Source: Octopus sinensis
Lineage: Eukaryota
NCBI RefSeq assembly: GCF_006345805.1
Contig: NC_043015.1
Location: 15,562,001 to 15,626,000, forward strand
Direction of reading: 5' to 3'
DNA length: 64,000 bases
Shown in pieces: positions 12,901-25,500 of the stretch (the first letter of the stretch is position 1; each line of letters begins with the position of its first letter). Under the pieces are notes generated by a model. The model saw only the letters and a list, made by a program, of their open reading frames with translations. It had not been told where the DNA came from and did no database searches. The position numbers were made by a program, and so were the translations under genes.

Positions 12901-13392
12901 TTACTGTCTAATCTGCTTCCTGTGGGCTTCACAGTCCAATAGTAACTTGTTTAGCTTCCGGTAACTGGTACCTTGTCTACACATGCTATCTAGGTCGAGC
13001 GTACATGTCACTAATTTGTGATCGCTGTAGCTGACGATATGTTGTTGTGAACAGCTAAGTATTTTCTTATCTTTCCTTCTGATAATGATTCTATCTATGT
13101 AAGATCTGGACGACCCGTCGTTTCTTGTCCAGATCCACGCTGGAACATCTGGGTGGTCCAGTCTGAATCGATCTGCCAACTCGAAACGACTTAGCAGATC
13201 GTTGAGGTGAGGTAATCCCCTCCTATTCTTTCTTGAGCCAACATAATCTACGCGTGCATCGCAAATTGTGTTGAAGTCGCCTAGCAATACTAACGTGTTC
13301 GACCTGCCGAGAAAATTCTCTAGGCTTTTGAAGTAATCTTTCTGCCCGGCTTTTCCTTCGCAGGGAGCATAAAGAGCGACCAGCCTGAACAC
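12901..13392 (-). pseudogene. Tx1 ORF2 APE endonuclease fragment
   Basis: RLVALYAP...LGDFNTI...SYIDRII...YSDHKLV. Confidence 0.9.
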
Positions 13393-13418
13393 TAGAGAGA
13401 GAGAGAGAGAGAGAGAGA

Positions 13419-15758
13419 AAGCTGAAATAATACTTTTTTGAAAAAACTGGTAACGAGGAGTCAGATAACCTTATGTTTACAAAAAATAAAAATGATGATG
13501 ATCGAATCTGGCATAATTGGATTGTAAAGAATCCCAATTGGTATCCAGATAAAGTTCGGGATGGACGTTCACAAGCACTACTGGAATTTCTTGAATCTTA
13601 TCAGGCAGGCATTAGAGAAAGCCTTAAAAGAAGTGGAAAGAAATCCTGGAACAACCTCAAAAATTCCCAACGTTGCGCACTCCAACGTCTAGCTAATAAC
13701 GATTCTATTATTATTAAGATGGCGGATAAGGGAGGCACTATCGTAATTATGGACAAAAGTGAGTATATTTCGGCTTGTGAAGAAGTTTTAAATGACAAAA
13801 CTTCATATGAAGAATTACTTGTCGATCTAAACCCCAATTACAGAGAGGAACTTGAAAGAATAATTCTGGAAATGGAGGAAAACAATTTCATTAATGAGAT
13901 TTTAAGGTCAGAAAGAAGAACACCTGTATTTTATGGTCTCCCTAAAATACACAAAAAGTTCGAAAGATTTCCTCCAATGCGCCCAATTTGCAGCGGATAT
14001 GAATGTTGTACGGCCAAAATTTCGGAATGGCTGGATGGTTTTCTACTTCTTGTCGCAAAACGATCAAGTTCCTATATTCGGGATACCTTTGATTTTGTAT
14101 CTAAAATCAACAACTTTTTCAAGCACCGAGGCCGTATTGAGAACTGTTTTTTTGGTAACCATGGATGTTTCTTCCTTATATCCCAATATTGACCACAATG
14201 AGGGGGTAGAAGCATGCATGGATGCCTTCGAAAAGCGGTCAAACAAATGTATTCCATCAAATTTTCTCTGTAGATTATTGAGGTTTGTGTTAGAAAGTAA
14301 CACAATGAAGTTTAGACAAAGATTTTACCACCCATGGCAGTCAATTTCGCTAATGTCTTTATGACGAAATTCGAGACACAGTTACTGAAGACATTCAAAT
14401 CCCTTCATGGTCATGAACCAATACTCTGGTTACGGTTCATTGACGATGTATTTTTTGTCTGGACAGGATCACAGGATAGTTTAATGGACTTCTTGCATTT
14501 CTGTAACTGTTATGCTAGAAACTATGGCTTTAAGTCCAACATAAAATTTACGTCTAGTTTTTCAAAAACTAGCGTTGAATTTTTTGATACAAAAGTCAAG
14601 TTTTCTGGAGGCAGAATAGTAACAGAATTATTTTGCAAGCCCACATCATCCCACATTCATCTCCACCGCCGCTTCGATCATCCACATCATCTTATTCGGT
14701 CAAATCCGAAATCCCAATTTTTGAGGATAAAACGGATTTGTACTGACATAGGGGATTACTGGAAACATGCAAATGCTTTTGTATGTCATTATGTCAAACG
14801 CGGTTACAGGGAATCACGATTAAAGGAAAAGTGTTGCATGAAAGTTACCAGCATGTGGCGAAAAAATATCCTAGCTTTAAACAGATATTTCCTCAACCAC
14901 CTATTGTAGCCTTTAGACGGAATAAGAATATAAGAGAATTATTGACCTCTATATTTGACTCCAAGAAAACGAACATTGGATTATCTACACGCTGTACCTT
15001 AAAAAACAACCGCAAGAGAGGTAAATCCTGTTCATTGTGCAACAACATGAGTGAAGTGAATTCCATCAGAAATCATAAGAGAAATGTTATGATTTATACA
15101 GAAGGTGAAACATGTAAAGATTCCTATTTGGTGTACGCTGTAGAATGCACAAAACACAACTTAATTTATGTTGGTTGCACAACGGAACAGTTAAACAAAA
15201 GGTTTAATGAGCACAGATTCAACGTCAGGCACAATAACAGTAATTTGACAGAACTTGCTGAACATTTCATTTCAAGTGGCTGCAATTTTGAAGAAGACTT
15301 GAAAGTGCATATTTTCAGAAAATATTCTGAATCTACTTCGCTTTCACTTCTCAGAATTTATGAGGAGAAATATGTTTGCGAGTTATTAACATCACGCCCT
15401 GGAGGAATGAATCAGATGACAGGAGAATATCATCAAATTTATACAAAGCTGTTTGATTAAATATTCTTCTTTCTCTCTTTTTCTTTCCTTTTTTTTCTGT
15501 CTTTTTCTTTTCGCCTGTTATAAAATTGTAACTTAAAAAGTGATCATGTCATTCCATCAACGTGCTACTTGCTCTCGTTCATATTTTACGTTTAAATTTC
15601 TGTAATATTGAATTTTTATCACTTTTTATTTTGAACTTGACAAAGACAGACGTACTGTTGAAATATCGTTCAACTAATAAAATATCTTACAATCGAATCG
15701 CGCTCTTCGTCTTGACTGTTCACCTTTGCGAAGAGTTACGTCAATCCTTTTTTTTTTA
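13419..15758 (+). mobile_element. Penelope-like element 1 (Neptune-like), 5'-truncated and frameshifted
   Basis: ADKGGTIVIMDK, PVFYGLPKIHK, PMRPICSG, TMDVSSLYPNIDH, WLRFIDDVF, a CxxC linker (CSLC) and GIY-YIG (LVYAVECTKHNLIYVGCT..RFNEH). Confidence 0.92.
15631..15673 (+). ncRNA. minimal type I hammerhead ribozyme motif, U3:A8 variant
   Basis: Stem I TTGAAC/GTTCAA (6 bp), core TTGACAA, stem II (A)GACAG-acgta-CTGTT, GAAA, palindromic ATAT, triplet AUC; located in the PLE 3' UTR. Confidence 0.7.
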
Positions 15759-15776
15759 ATATTATTATTATTATTA

Positions 15777-18086
15777 CGAACAATGAACAGTTAGTAACAT
15801 ACCTAAAAAACATCACAGACACAAAAATGTCAGATTTTATTATACCCACACACAACACACCACCAGCACACATACTTACGTCACACAAGACGATTATAAT
15901 AAAATCAAGGAGAAATTCCCAAACGATGTTGGGTCACTAGGGAGAAATTTCTCAAAAAATCTCTACAAAAACCTGGTGGAAACACCCGTGCAAAAGCACA
16001 AGGGATCCACTCCACCAAACAACAACAGTAAGTAGAGCCTTTTTCTCCTTAACCTTTTGAAAAAGGGTAAAACTCAGAATCGGTAGCATAAATGTAAGAG
16101 GCCTCGGGTCACCTTGGAAACAGAGTCACCTGTTAAACGATCTGAGGTCTCATAGAGTGGATGTAGCAGCCATTAGTGAAACCAGGCTCTTCGACCCGTA
16201 GGAACTCGCGGCCCTTTTCGGCGGATACGAGATTTTTCTATCTCTGTGTCGGCCGCAACATCTGCTCGGTGATACAGGTGAACGGTCACCTTTCGGAACC
16301 GTTTGACATCTCGCATTCGGTCCGCCAAGGATGCCCTCTCTCCTCCCTCTTGTACGTATTGACTCTCGAACCATTACTGCGCAAGTTGGAGGCTTTGAGG
16401 GGTATCCCGCACGATCTAGGAGATGGAAACAGCGTGTCTGCCTATGCCGACGACGTCACCGTGATGGTGTCGAGCCACAGGCACATTGACCTGATTGGCG
16501 AGACGCTAAACGAGTACGAAGCGGTGACAGAGGCAAATATTAACGCGGAAAAGTCTGTGGGCTTGCAACTGGGCACCTGGAGAGGCAAGCCCATGCCGTC
16601 CAACAGCGTCGTAGGGCGCTGGACGGACGGACCCGTTAAACTGCTCAGGGTCTGGTCGGTCCGGACCTCCAGGTGGATAAAAACTGGGAAGAGGTGACGA
16701 ACATGGTGGCCAATCTCACCCAGAAATGGACCGAAAGGAAGCTGTCCCTGAAAGGTCGAGCGGAGGTGGCGAATGCGCACGTCGCAGCCGTCATCTATTA
16801 CCGATTGACCGTCGTCCCTTGTCCCGACCGCTGGTTGGCCAAGCTGGTGCGCTTGCACTTCGACTTCTTGTGGAAGGGTCAGGTACCACTGGTCAGGCGA
16901 TCCATCTGCTGTCAACGGCCGCTGAACGGAGGCCTTGGCATGCCGTGGTTACTGATGTGCAGACATGCGCTCAGGCTATGTCATCTCAAGTGTTTCCTAG
17001 ACGGTGAACAGGTGTGGTCATCTTTTGTCAGACGCGACTTTCTGCAGCTCGTCTCTTTGACAGAGTTGCAGTCTTGGATCAAACGCAGAGCGAGAAAGGG
17101 CGCTTGGCACCTCGAGTGCTGTCAAGCTCTCTCCGCCCTCCACCAGGCGGGCAATGCGATTGGTAGTGGTTCCACTCTAGCGTTCTATAGAGGGTTAGTG
17201 AAAGAAAAAATGCGACGACGTTCTCGGGGAAACTCTAGGCGTTGATGATAACGAACTGAGCAGTCTGTTTGGAAGAACTTTCGGGCCGGGGCCAATGGAT
17301 AATTTCCAAAGGTCCCTCGCCTGGCAGTGCTACTGAGGAGCTCTGCCTGTTCGAGATAAACTCTACCGGCACGGAAGTGCCGTCAGCCGGGCCTGCCAGG
17401 ACGACGAAACCGTTCTGCACGTACCCGTCCAGTGCCCGAGTATTGCTGAACTATGGGTTTATGTCGAATAGCTACTGTCACGTATTGGACAGATCCGGCT
17501 ATCAGCTGAATCCATAGTGAAGATTGCCCCGCCGACCTCCTTTAACAAGGAGGGCAAGACCATTTTCCTGTGCCTAGTGACTGTAGCGAAAGGGGTGATA
17601 TGGTGGATCCGTTTGAAAGGGCTAAAGTCAGACACTTTCCTCTTTGGTCAAGGCCTCATCAACTTTTTCAAGTTTCACTTGAAAAGGAAGATGAGGTTAG
17701 AGAGGAGAGTGTTGTCTGATAGCAAGTTTTCTGAAAGGTGGATGAATTGTGCAAGAATGGCCAATATAAATAGACCGATTTCGCTTGAATTGAAAAAGGT
17801 ATTATAAAAGGAGAAAGGGGCTCTCTACCCCACCCCACTCCACTTTTGACCAGGCTCCATGGCTTTTATGGGTTTTTCCACGTGAGACCTTTTCTTTTTT
17901 CGAAGCGTCTCCTCTATTGGGAGTTTTGTAAATTGTTGAATTTTTTTCGTTGTTATAAAGCTTGTTTACACGAACTTTTTTTTTTCGAAAAACGGACGAA
18001 ACCTTTTGTAACCTTTCGTCCTGTTTTGTCCCTTTATGTTTTCCAATCTCATGATTTTCAGCCCTTGTGGCCAATAAAAAGAATCG
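15777..18086 (+). mobile_element. Tx1-clade non-LTR retrotransposon 2, internally deleted, flanked by (ATT)n
   Basis: APE N-terminus (LRIGSINVRGL...DVAAISETR) jumps to RT (QGCPLSSLL, YADD), followed by the post-RT region, a decayed C-terminal finger and a 3' AATAAA. (ATT)n tracts at 15759-15776 and 18087-18134. The 5' boundary is uncertain. Confidence 0.88.
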
Positions 18087-18134
<48 letters not shown>

Positions 18135-18528
18135 GAGTGAGAGAGCAGTTCATGCCATCAAAGTGACACTGGGGTAAAATATACGAAGCCCAATATACCC
18201 ATCATGACTGCCCGTCTGATAAGGGTACACCAGGCACATGCATCACAACCATATGTGCGCGACATGGTGATCTCATATCAAGATAAACAGCAATGGCTAT
18301 GATGCTCCCCCTCTACTTCTGCTCGTGATCAGAGATGCACATATCGTCAGCCACTAAGGGACATGCTCAACTGGTTAAGGTCAACAACTGACAAGCAAAA
18401 TCTTGGTATTGAGCTGAATATTTGCTGTAGCTCATCTTTTATACCAAGACAAAACATGTACATGATAACACTTCCAATCATTAAGATCAGAAGCCATGAG
18501 ATCCATGCCTGGTACTGCATCAGGGCTA
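18135..18528. repeat. unclassified ~390-bp interspersed repeat bounded by (ATT)n
   Basis: Complex, non-coding segment between two (ATT)n tracts. I recall it as an abundant octopus repeat, but cannot classify it. Confidence 0.45.
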
Positions 18529-18569
<41 letters not shown>

Positions 18570-19466
18570 TATTATTATATTCATTCATACATACATACAT
18601 ACATACATACATACATACATACATACATACATACATACATGCATGCATGCACACACACATACATACATACATACATACATACATACATACATACATACAT
18701 ACATACATACATACATACATACACATAGGAATATAATTTCCTAGAAGTGAACAATGAAATATACGAATAAGGAAAGAAAAATAAGTCCGAAGTGTTGGAG
18801 GTTACCTTTTCTTTCATCCTTTATTTCTGTACAGATATAAACCTCTGGATTTTCGCAAAGAAGCGATTGAAACTGCTAATTTATTTTATGCTATCTAGCG
18901 CCGGAGAGTCTTTTGACTGTGCTTAAAAAGAAGTAGTCGCATTCTTTATAGCAGGTTAGGACATATCTTGTCTCCCACAATTCATTAAGGTCATGTGGAA
19001 AGTTTTGTTTTAGACCAAAATTTTTAATTAAAAATTTTTTTTTGGAAGTACTATATAAATATTCCTATTGAGTTTCGAGTAATCGCTCTCAGATTTCACT
19101 ACCCCAGGAGCATAGCCTACTGTGTTACCATAAAAGGGAAAATATCATAATAGGCATTAACACCTACGCCAATATGGCTTGACCGATCAGCGGTGTCTCA
19201 CTTATTAATGATTGATGCGGCGGACTTAAAAGGAAGTGTGTAAGTTTTCCCGTCAAATAGTTCGGCCGAAGGTTTTGGAAAATTTAGCTTAATGTTATAG
19301 AAAGTTGGCACATTCAACATCAGACTAAAGCCACTAATTCAGCCAGACGAAACTATGTGCCTAGGGCCAGACTAAAACGCATAGAGTCTAGGGCTCACAA
19401 AAAACCGATAATTCCCAAAACCGAGTTCAAGTATAGGTAATTCTCAAAACCGGTTAAAAACCGGTT

Positions 19467-19717
19467 TTCGCGGATACTACTTAAGAAGAGTGGTCCCGGT
19501 GCGCGCCAGCTAGTCGTGACTAGTCGATCCTTAATTTGTGTTTTTGTATTTTATTTACTTTGTTTTAAAAAAATTATTTACTTTGTGTAAAAAGATTATT
19601 TATTTTGTGTTTTATTTACTTTGCTAGGTAGTCGTTGTAGGATCGACTAGTTACGACTAGCTAGCGCGAGTACGCGAGTGCGCGCACCGGGATTACTCTT
19701 CTTAAATAGTACCCGAA
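19467..19717. repeat. foldback with ~64/78-bp GC-rich arms and a T-rich spacer
   Basis: 19467-19530 pairs with 19640-19717; the right arm has a 14-nt insertion. Confidence 0.9.
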
Positions 19718-20546
19718 TTCTTTAGAGATTTCAAATCCATCTGTTACCATCTTGGGCTCTTCATTCATTTTCTTCATTGCGCTTGTGTATTCACGAATGA
19801 GTTCATTACCTTCATAAGTAGATGGGACAACAGTAACACTTGTTTTTAGGTTCCCTCCTATTTCATTTTCTTTGTATAATTCTGTTGTGTTCTCAGCATC
19901 ATGTTCAGGAAATAATCTCCTATATGTTTGTTCAGCATACTTCCTTAAATGTTGTTTCGTTAAAAAATAGAAAAGGTCCAGAAATTGACTCAACTTTAAA
20001 ATTCCTTGGGTTATGTAAATACCACAAGAGAGTCAAGGTTTCGACATTTCTTCTCTTATTATATCGAAGATTTAGAGCCAAAGGGTTGCCGACGACATTA
20101 AGTTTATTCAATAAAAATTCTATAGAATATTCCGCTTTCAGTAAACCCGTATCATCAGCGCAAATAGCCTTCAAAATAATTTCTACTGAATGCAGAATTT
20201 CATATAGTAAATTGAGAGATTTCCATTCTTCGTCAGCGACGGCATCTGTGGAGAGTTCTGCTCGTAGATCATTTGGAATGCAGCTTTTCGATTTCAAAAA
20301 TCTCTCAATTATATGGAATGTGCTATTCTACCTAGTTCTGCAATCCAGTATAAGTTTATATTCTCTGTTATCAAAGTTCACTCGTACAAAATCTTGCAAA
20401 ATTTCATTTTTTGTAGGAGATTTACGGAAAATTTAAAAAATTTTTCTCACCTTATTTAAAACTTTATTAAATTCAGGTTTTAGCTGGCGAAAACAAGCAT
20501 TTTCGTGATCCAAATCTATTTGACAAAGTATGTGTTGTTGTCTTAT

Positions 20547-20628
20547 GTCTGTTATGGCGATCACTATCGTCTGCTATAGCGATCACTATTGTCTGTTATA
20601 GCGATCACTATCGTCTGTTATAGCGATC
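20547..20628. repeat. 22-bp minisatellite, about 3.7 copies, inside the hAT
   Basis: Unit GTCTGTTATAGCGATCACTATC. Confidence 0.95.
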
Positions 20629-22048
20629 TCTTCACTTTTTTTATCAAAAAATTTAGTATTACTTCCTTGAAATGAATCTAGAACTGGTTATTACATATGC
20701 TCAACGGGAAAAATCACCCGACTGAAGACTAACAGCATCCCCTTGACTTGCTATGAATAAACTCAGTTACCTGCAAATTCAAAGAGTCAGCCAGGGATTA
20801 GCGAAGGAGATGACAAGGTGCTGATCTAAGGTTCAAGGGGAAAGAAGGTGAGAATTGATATGTTGCGATATGTTTCAATGAAACCGACAGCACTCCCAAC
20901 TAAAGGCGACCGACAACAGTTCAGTTCAGTTTCAACGATATTTCTTGAAAAGAAAAAAATGGAGAAATGTTTTGCGAAAAAAAAAAAAAAAGAAACAGCG
21001 TTTTCACTTTGACCGGCACATTTAAAAAATAGTTATTTGTAACTAAACACTTTTAAACTTCGTATACTGGAAGAATGTGTTACATAAAACATCTTTTATT
21101 GAAAAGATCCGAAACAGCAAGCCTTAAAATCGGATTTGGCAAATCGGTTTCGGTTTTACTGATCATAATATAAAACCGGTTTCGAGGCCTAATATATGCC
21201 CCAAACACTTATAAGATTTCGGTATCCCCGTATATATGTTATTCAAAATATTAACAATAATAGCTCATAAAATAATCTTTTAATTTTCGAAATGAAACAA
21301 AACTAACAGTATGATAGAAAATAATGTTGCTTATTGTATACTTCCACTTTATTTATATTTGAAAAATTTTCTCCTATTCCTTTTGATTGCAAAGATCCTC
21401 ACTATGACACCCATGAACACTTTGAAGTTATATTTCCTATCATATAAACCGCTTCGAATATTATTTTAGCTAGTTTAAAATGATGCTTTTGTGTCGTAAA
21501 CCATTTATTATTTCTGTGGTGCTCCATTTCCCTTGTTGTCCGAAACACATGTTTATTTTGCTTAAAGGTTAATCCAGCGCTGTATGTCACTTTGCTCAGT
21601 GAGTCGATCTCTCGCTTTCTTTCACTTTTTCTGATTCATACTTGTGAGGTAATTTTAATTCTTTCTACACATTTCGTCTTCAATGATTATGAGCTACTTT
21701 CATAATATTATCTAGCATGTTTTATTACTGAAGACTCTTAACTATTATGCTCTCTGTTTCATGGTCGAACACCTCTATAGTATAGCAAAATTCAGACAGT
21801 AGCACTCTTCTAAAAATGCTGCTTGTAAAGTGGAATCTAAAGTGATGTTGGTATTTGTTGCATTTAAATTAGCTGAGTTTTTTTTACTTGTTAATGAAGT
21901 TTCAAATAAAGCTTCATTTTCTAATATGAAGCCTTGATCATTTGGAAATCATTTACTGAATTATAATGGTTTTCCAAAAGTTAATGTACTTCATTAAAAT
22001 GTGTTGAAAGATCGTTTGAATTAATATAATCAAATCGTTTGTTAGATG

Positions 22049-22466
22049 TGTAACGTGAAAGGATCTATCATCGAAGCACTGGCAGGGTGTCGAGATCCTT
22101 TCTAGTCACATACAAAAATTCTTGTAGAAAACAAACAGACGAAACTCAGGTTAAAGGTGAACAGACAACTTGGTTTATTGATTCATGGTTGTACGTTGTC
22201 TGATGGGGGAATATACAGCCTCTGAGATACTGCTGGTGTTGGTCGTTGAGGTTGGTTGAAGTTGGTTGAAGCTGGTGTGTGGCTGTCAGAGCCAGGAAAA
22301 CCGTGACCGATCGCAGTGCTGTCTTGAGCCGAAGAGAGAGATTTGAGGTTCGCGGGCTCGAGAGATGTTTTCCCGCACATGCGCATGGGGAAGACTTCCG
22401 GTGGCCACCCGGAAGTAGTCCCATTCTGCGCATGCGCGCCGAACCCTACACAGTAGCATCACTACA
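22049..22466 (-). repeat. 3' LTR
   Basis: On the minus strand it reads TGTAGT...GTTACA, contains AATAAA, and is preceded by the PPT GGAGGGGAGCCC (22467-22478). Confidence 0.97.
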
Positions 22467-22595
22467 GGGCTCCCCTCCGAGTGCGAAGTACGGCAACCAG
22501 AATATTGTGGTGGTGCTGCAGAAAACAGAAGGCTTGCCGATCCCCCAGAAGACTTGGTACATACTATTATACAATAAGAAACATTTTAAAGAAAG

Positions 22596-25500
22596 TTAAA
22601 TGTAAATTGTTTTTGAAAGTTTCTTGGGCCAATGCACTGTTCTGCCCGATTTTGTAACATACGGTGTGCTCGGGGCACCCGTTGACGGCGAGGGTGGTGT
22701 TGTAGGAGCCGGTGAAGGTGATTGTGCAGGTGAAGGCGTTTGTGCAGGTGAAAGTGTTGTTAAAGGTGCATAGGTGGGTGTGTCAAGGTTGTCATCAAAA
22801 GATGAAGACGTCTCAAAATGTGCCTTTTTTAAACGGTCCACGGAAACGGTCTCCGAACGACCATTTATCTCAATCGTGAAAACCTTTGGTGTGCGAGAAA
22901 GCACACGAAAAGGTCCTTTATAGGGAGAAACAAGTGGGCCCTTCACAGAATCGTCCCGAACAAAAACATGCGACCAGGTGTTCATATCCGGTGGAAGATG
23001 GGACGGTGGAGATTGCTTTCTGGGAAGCATGGGCGGAAGGTTTGAAAAATATTCCCGCAGTCTGGTGACATAGGTCGCCGGATCATGGGGCGGGGAAGTG
23101 TCTGGCACCAACATCGTACCGGGCAATGCCAGTGTGGTACCATACAGCAGCTCTGCAGCAGAAAACTCCAGGTCTGCCTTGACAGCAGTCCGACAGCCGA
23201 GAAGCACAATGGGCAGAAATTCGATCCAGGACTGTGGGTCCGAAGAGGCACGAAGAGCGGCCTTGAGCTGTCTATGGAACCGCTCAACCAATCCATTAGA
23301 CGCTGGATGGTAGCTTGTGGTGTGGATATGGTGCATACCCAAAATTCGCGACAATTCGCGAAATAGCGAGGCCTCAAACTGTCGTCCACGATCAGTTGTC
23401 AATCGGGACGGGACTCCGAAGCGAGAAATCCAGTTTGAAACGAAAGCTCGCGCAACAGTCTCAGCAGAAATGTCTGCTATCGGAATGGCTTCTGGCCAGC
23501 GGGAGAAACGATCGACACAAGTTAATAGATAAGAGAACCCGCGACTCACAGGCCATGGTCCAACCAGATCGATGTGGACATGGCGAAAACGGGCCTCCGT
23601 GGGGGGAAATTGTCCAAGCGGGGCACGAACGTGCCGTTGAATCTTGGATCGTTGACACTTGGAGCAGGTGCGTGTCCAAGAAGTAATTGTGCGACGCATA
23701 TTCGGCCAGAAAAACCGAGCAGTGATTAGTTTGAGGGTGGCAGCGATGCCAGGATGTGATAAGGAGTGCAGTGCTTCAAACACTGAGCGTTGATGGGTCT
23801 CAGGCACCAGTGGCCTGGGAGATCCAGTTGAAGTGTCACAAAGAATGGTGCCTTCGGCTGACGGAAGCGGAAGGTAGGAAAACTGGCAACAGGAGAACTT
23901 GGGAGAAGTTAAATCTAACGACGCCAAAGGTGGCTGCTCCTGCGATATGGCAGCTAAGTCGATAGCAGCAGGAGACGAAAGGGCGCAAACTGGAAGGCGA
24001 GAGAGAGCGTCAGCAGGAACGTTCTCTTTTCCAGGTATGTGTCGAATGTTGCTAGTAAATTGAGAGATAAAATCCAGGTGCCGAAAAGCACGGGGTGAGA
24101 GTTTGTCCGTTTTTGAAAACAGGGCAAACGTAAGGGGCTTGTGATCCGTATAGATCACAAAATCTCGCCCTTCAAGTTGATGCTGGAAATGACGAACCGA
24201 TAGATAGATCGCTAGGAGCTCACGATCAAAGGTGCTGTATCGTCGTTCAGCTGGTTGCAGTTGACGGGAAAAGAAGGCTAGAGGTCGAACATGGTCATCC
24301 ACTGTGTGTTGTAACACAGCGCCAATCGCAGTGTCCGATGCGTCCACAGTCAAAGAGAGAGAAGCACCAGGAACTGGATGTGCAAGCAAAGAAACAGAAG
24401 CCAGCTCCTTCTTAATGGACTCAAAGGCTGTCACTGCCTCAACAGAGAGGGTGACTTGACTGTCCTTTCTAGGAGAGTCCTTTAACAGCCTGGTGAGAGG
24501 TAGCAGCTTATCTGCACAACCGGGAATGAAGCGTCGGTAGAAATTGACCATCCCTAGATAATGCCTGAGCTGGCGCAAGGAAGTGGGGGTTGCGATGCGT
24601 TGAATGGCATCGACTTTTGACGAGAGGGGGCTGATTCCCGTCGAATCAATATGATGCCCTAGAAAATCTAGGGAAGAGCGTCCGAAAACACACTTGTCGG
24701 GGTTTATGCGTATGCTATACGCGCGAAGACGCTGGAAGAGTTGAGAAAGGTGCCGGAGATGATTTTCTCGTGTGTCGCTCGCAATGAGTATGTCATCGAC
24801 ATAGGCAAACACAAAATCAAGACCGCGGACAACCTCATCAATGAAACGCTGGAAGGTGCTAGTAGCATTCCGCAAACCGAAACTCATGTACAAAAACTCA
24901 AAACACCCAAACGGGGTAGTGATTGCAGTTTTTGGAACGTCGGCTGGGTTGACCGGTATTTGGTGGTAAGCGCGTATCAGATCGACCTTCGAAAAAATGG
25001 TACAACCATGGAGATTTGCTGTAAAGTCCCGGAGATTTCTAATCGGATAGCGATCGGCTATTGTGACGGCATTGAGGCGTCGATAGTCTCCAACCGGGCG
25101 AAAATCAGACTCGCCCTTTCGCGCCAAATGAAGGGGAGATGCCCATGGGCTGGTGGAGGGACGTATAAGGCCAAGTTGAAGCATGTGCTCAAACTCGGCT
25201 CTGGCCGTTTTAAGTCGGTCTGGCGCTAGGCGCCGGGGGCGTGAGAATACAGGTGGCCCATTGGTGGTGATGAAATGGAGGGTCGAGTGGGTAGGATTTT
25301 CCGGTTTAAAGGCAATGTCCACTAGCTCCGGAAATGAAACCAAAAGAGAGTGAAAAGGGTCTCCAGAGGTGGCAACAAAGAATGTCGGGCTAAGGACCGC
25401 AGTGGTGGAACTCCCAGTCGGTGTAGAGAGCGACGTCGTGCTATCAAGAAGCCTCCGACGCCTGACATCCACCAATAGGTTAAACCTATCCAGGAAATCA

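Larger units (their letters stand above)
11026..13393 (-). mobile_element. Tx1-clade (L1 group) non-LTR retrotransposon, 5'-truncated, inserted in (TC)n/(GA)n
   Basis: APE fragment (LVLLGDFN, SYIDRI, YSDH), RT (NFRPITLLN, DQSKAFDRV, QGCPLSPLL, YADD), C-terminal C-C-H-C finger (CARCERDSEAVLHAIVQCP) and a 3' AATAAAG. (GA)n tracts lie on both sides (10970-11025, 13394-13418). Confidence 0.92.
19389..21191 (-). mobile_element. inner hAT transposon with deleted, decayed transposase
   Basis: Termini TAGGGCTC / TAGGCCTC with AAACCG-rich subterminal repeats. Minus strand reads LILDCRTR*NS...EEWKSL..LYEILHSVEIILKAIC...YLHNP. Degenerate TSD ATAGAGTC/ATATATGC (5 of 8). Confidence 0.8.
19362..21582. mobile_element. 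outer hAT-type non-autonomous element, split by an inner hAT
   Basis: Termini TAGGGCCAGACTAA and (reverse complement) CAGCGCTGGATTAA; 8-bp TSD TATGTGCC / TATGTCAC (6 of 8 match). Confidence 0.6.

Noticed and set aside
19481-19705. Kolobok-type MITE with TTAA target duplication
   Set aside because: The inverted repeat extends about 12 bp beyond both TTAA, so they are part of the arms and not a TSD.
20547-20628. CRISPR-like short repeats (also 5155-5224 and 30623-30670)
   Set aside because: Contiguous tandem repeats with no spacers, in eukaryotic DNA.
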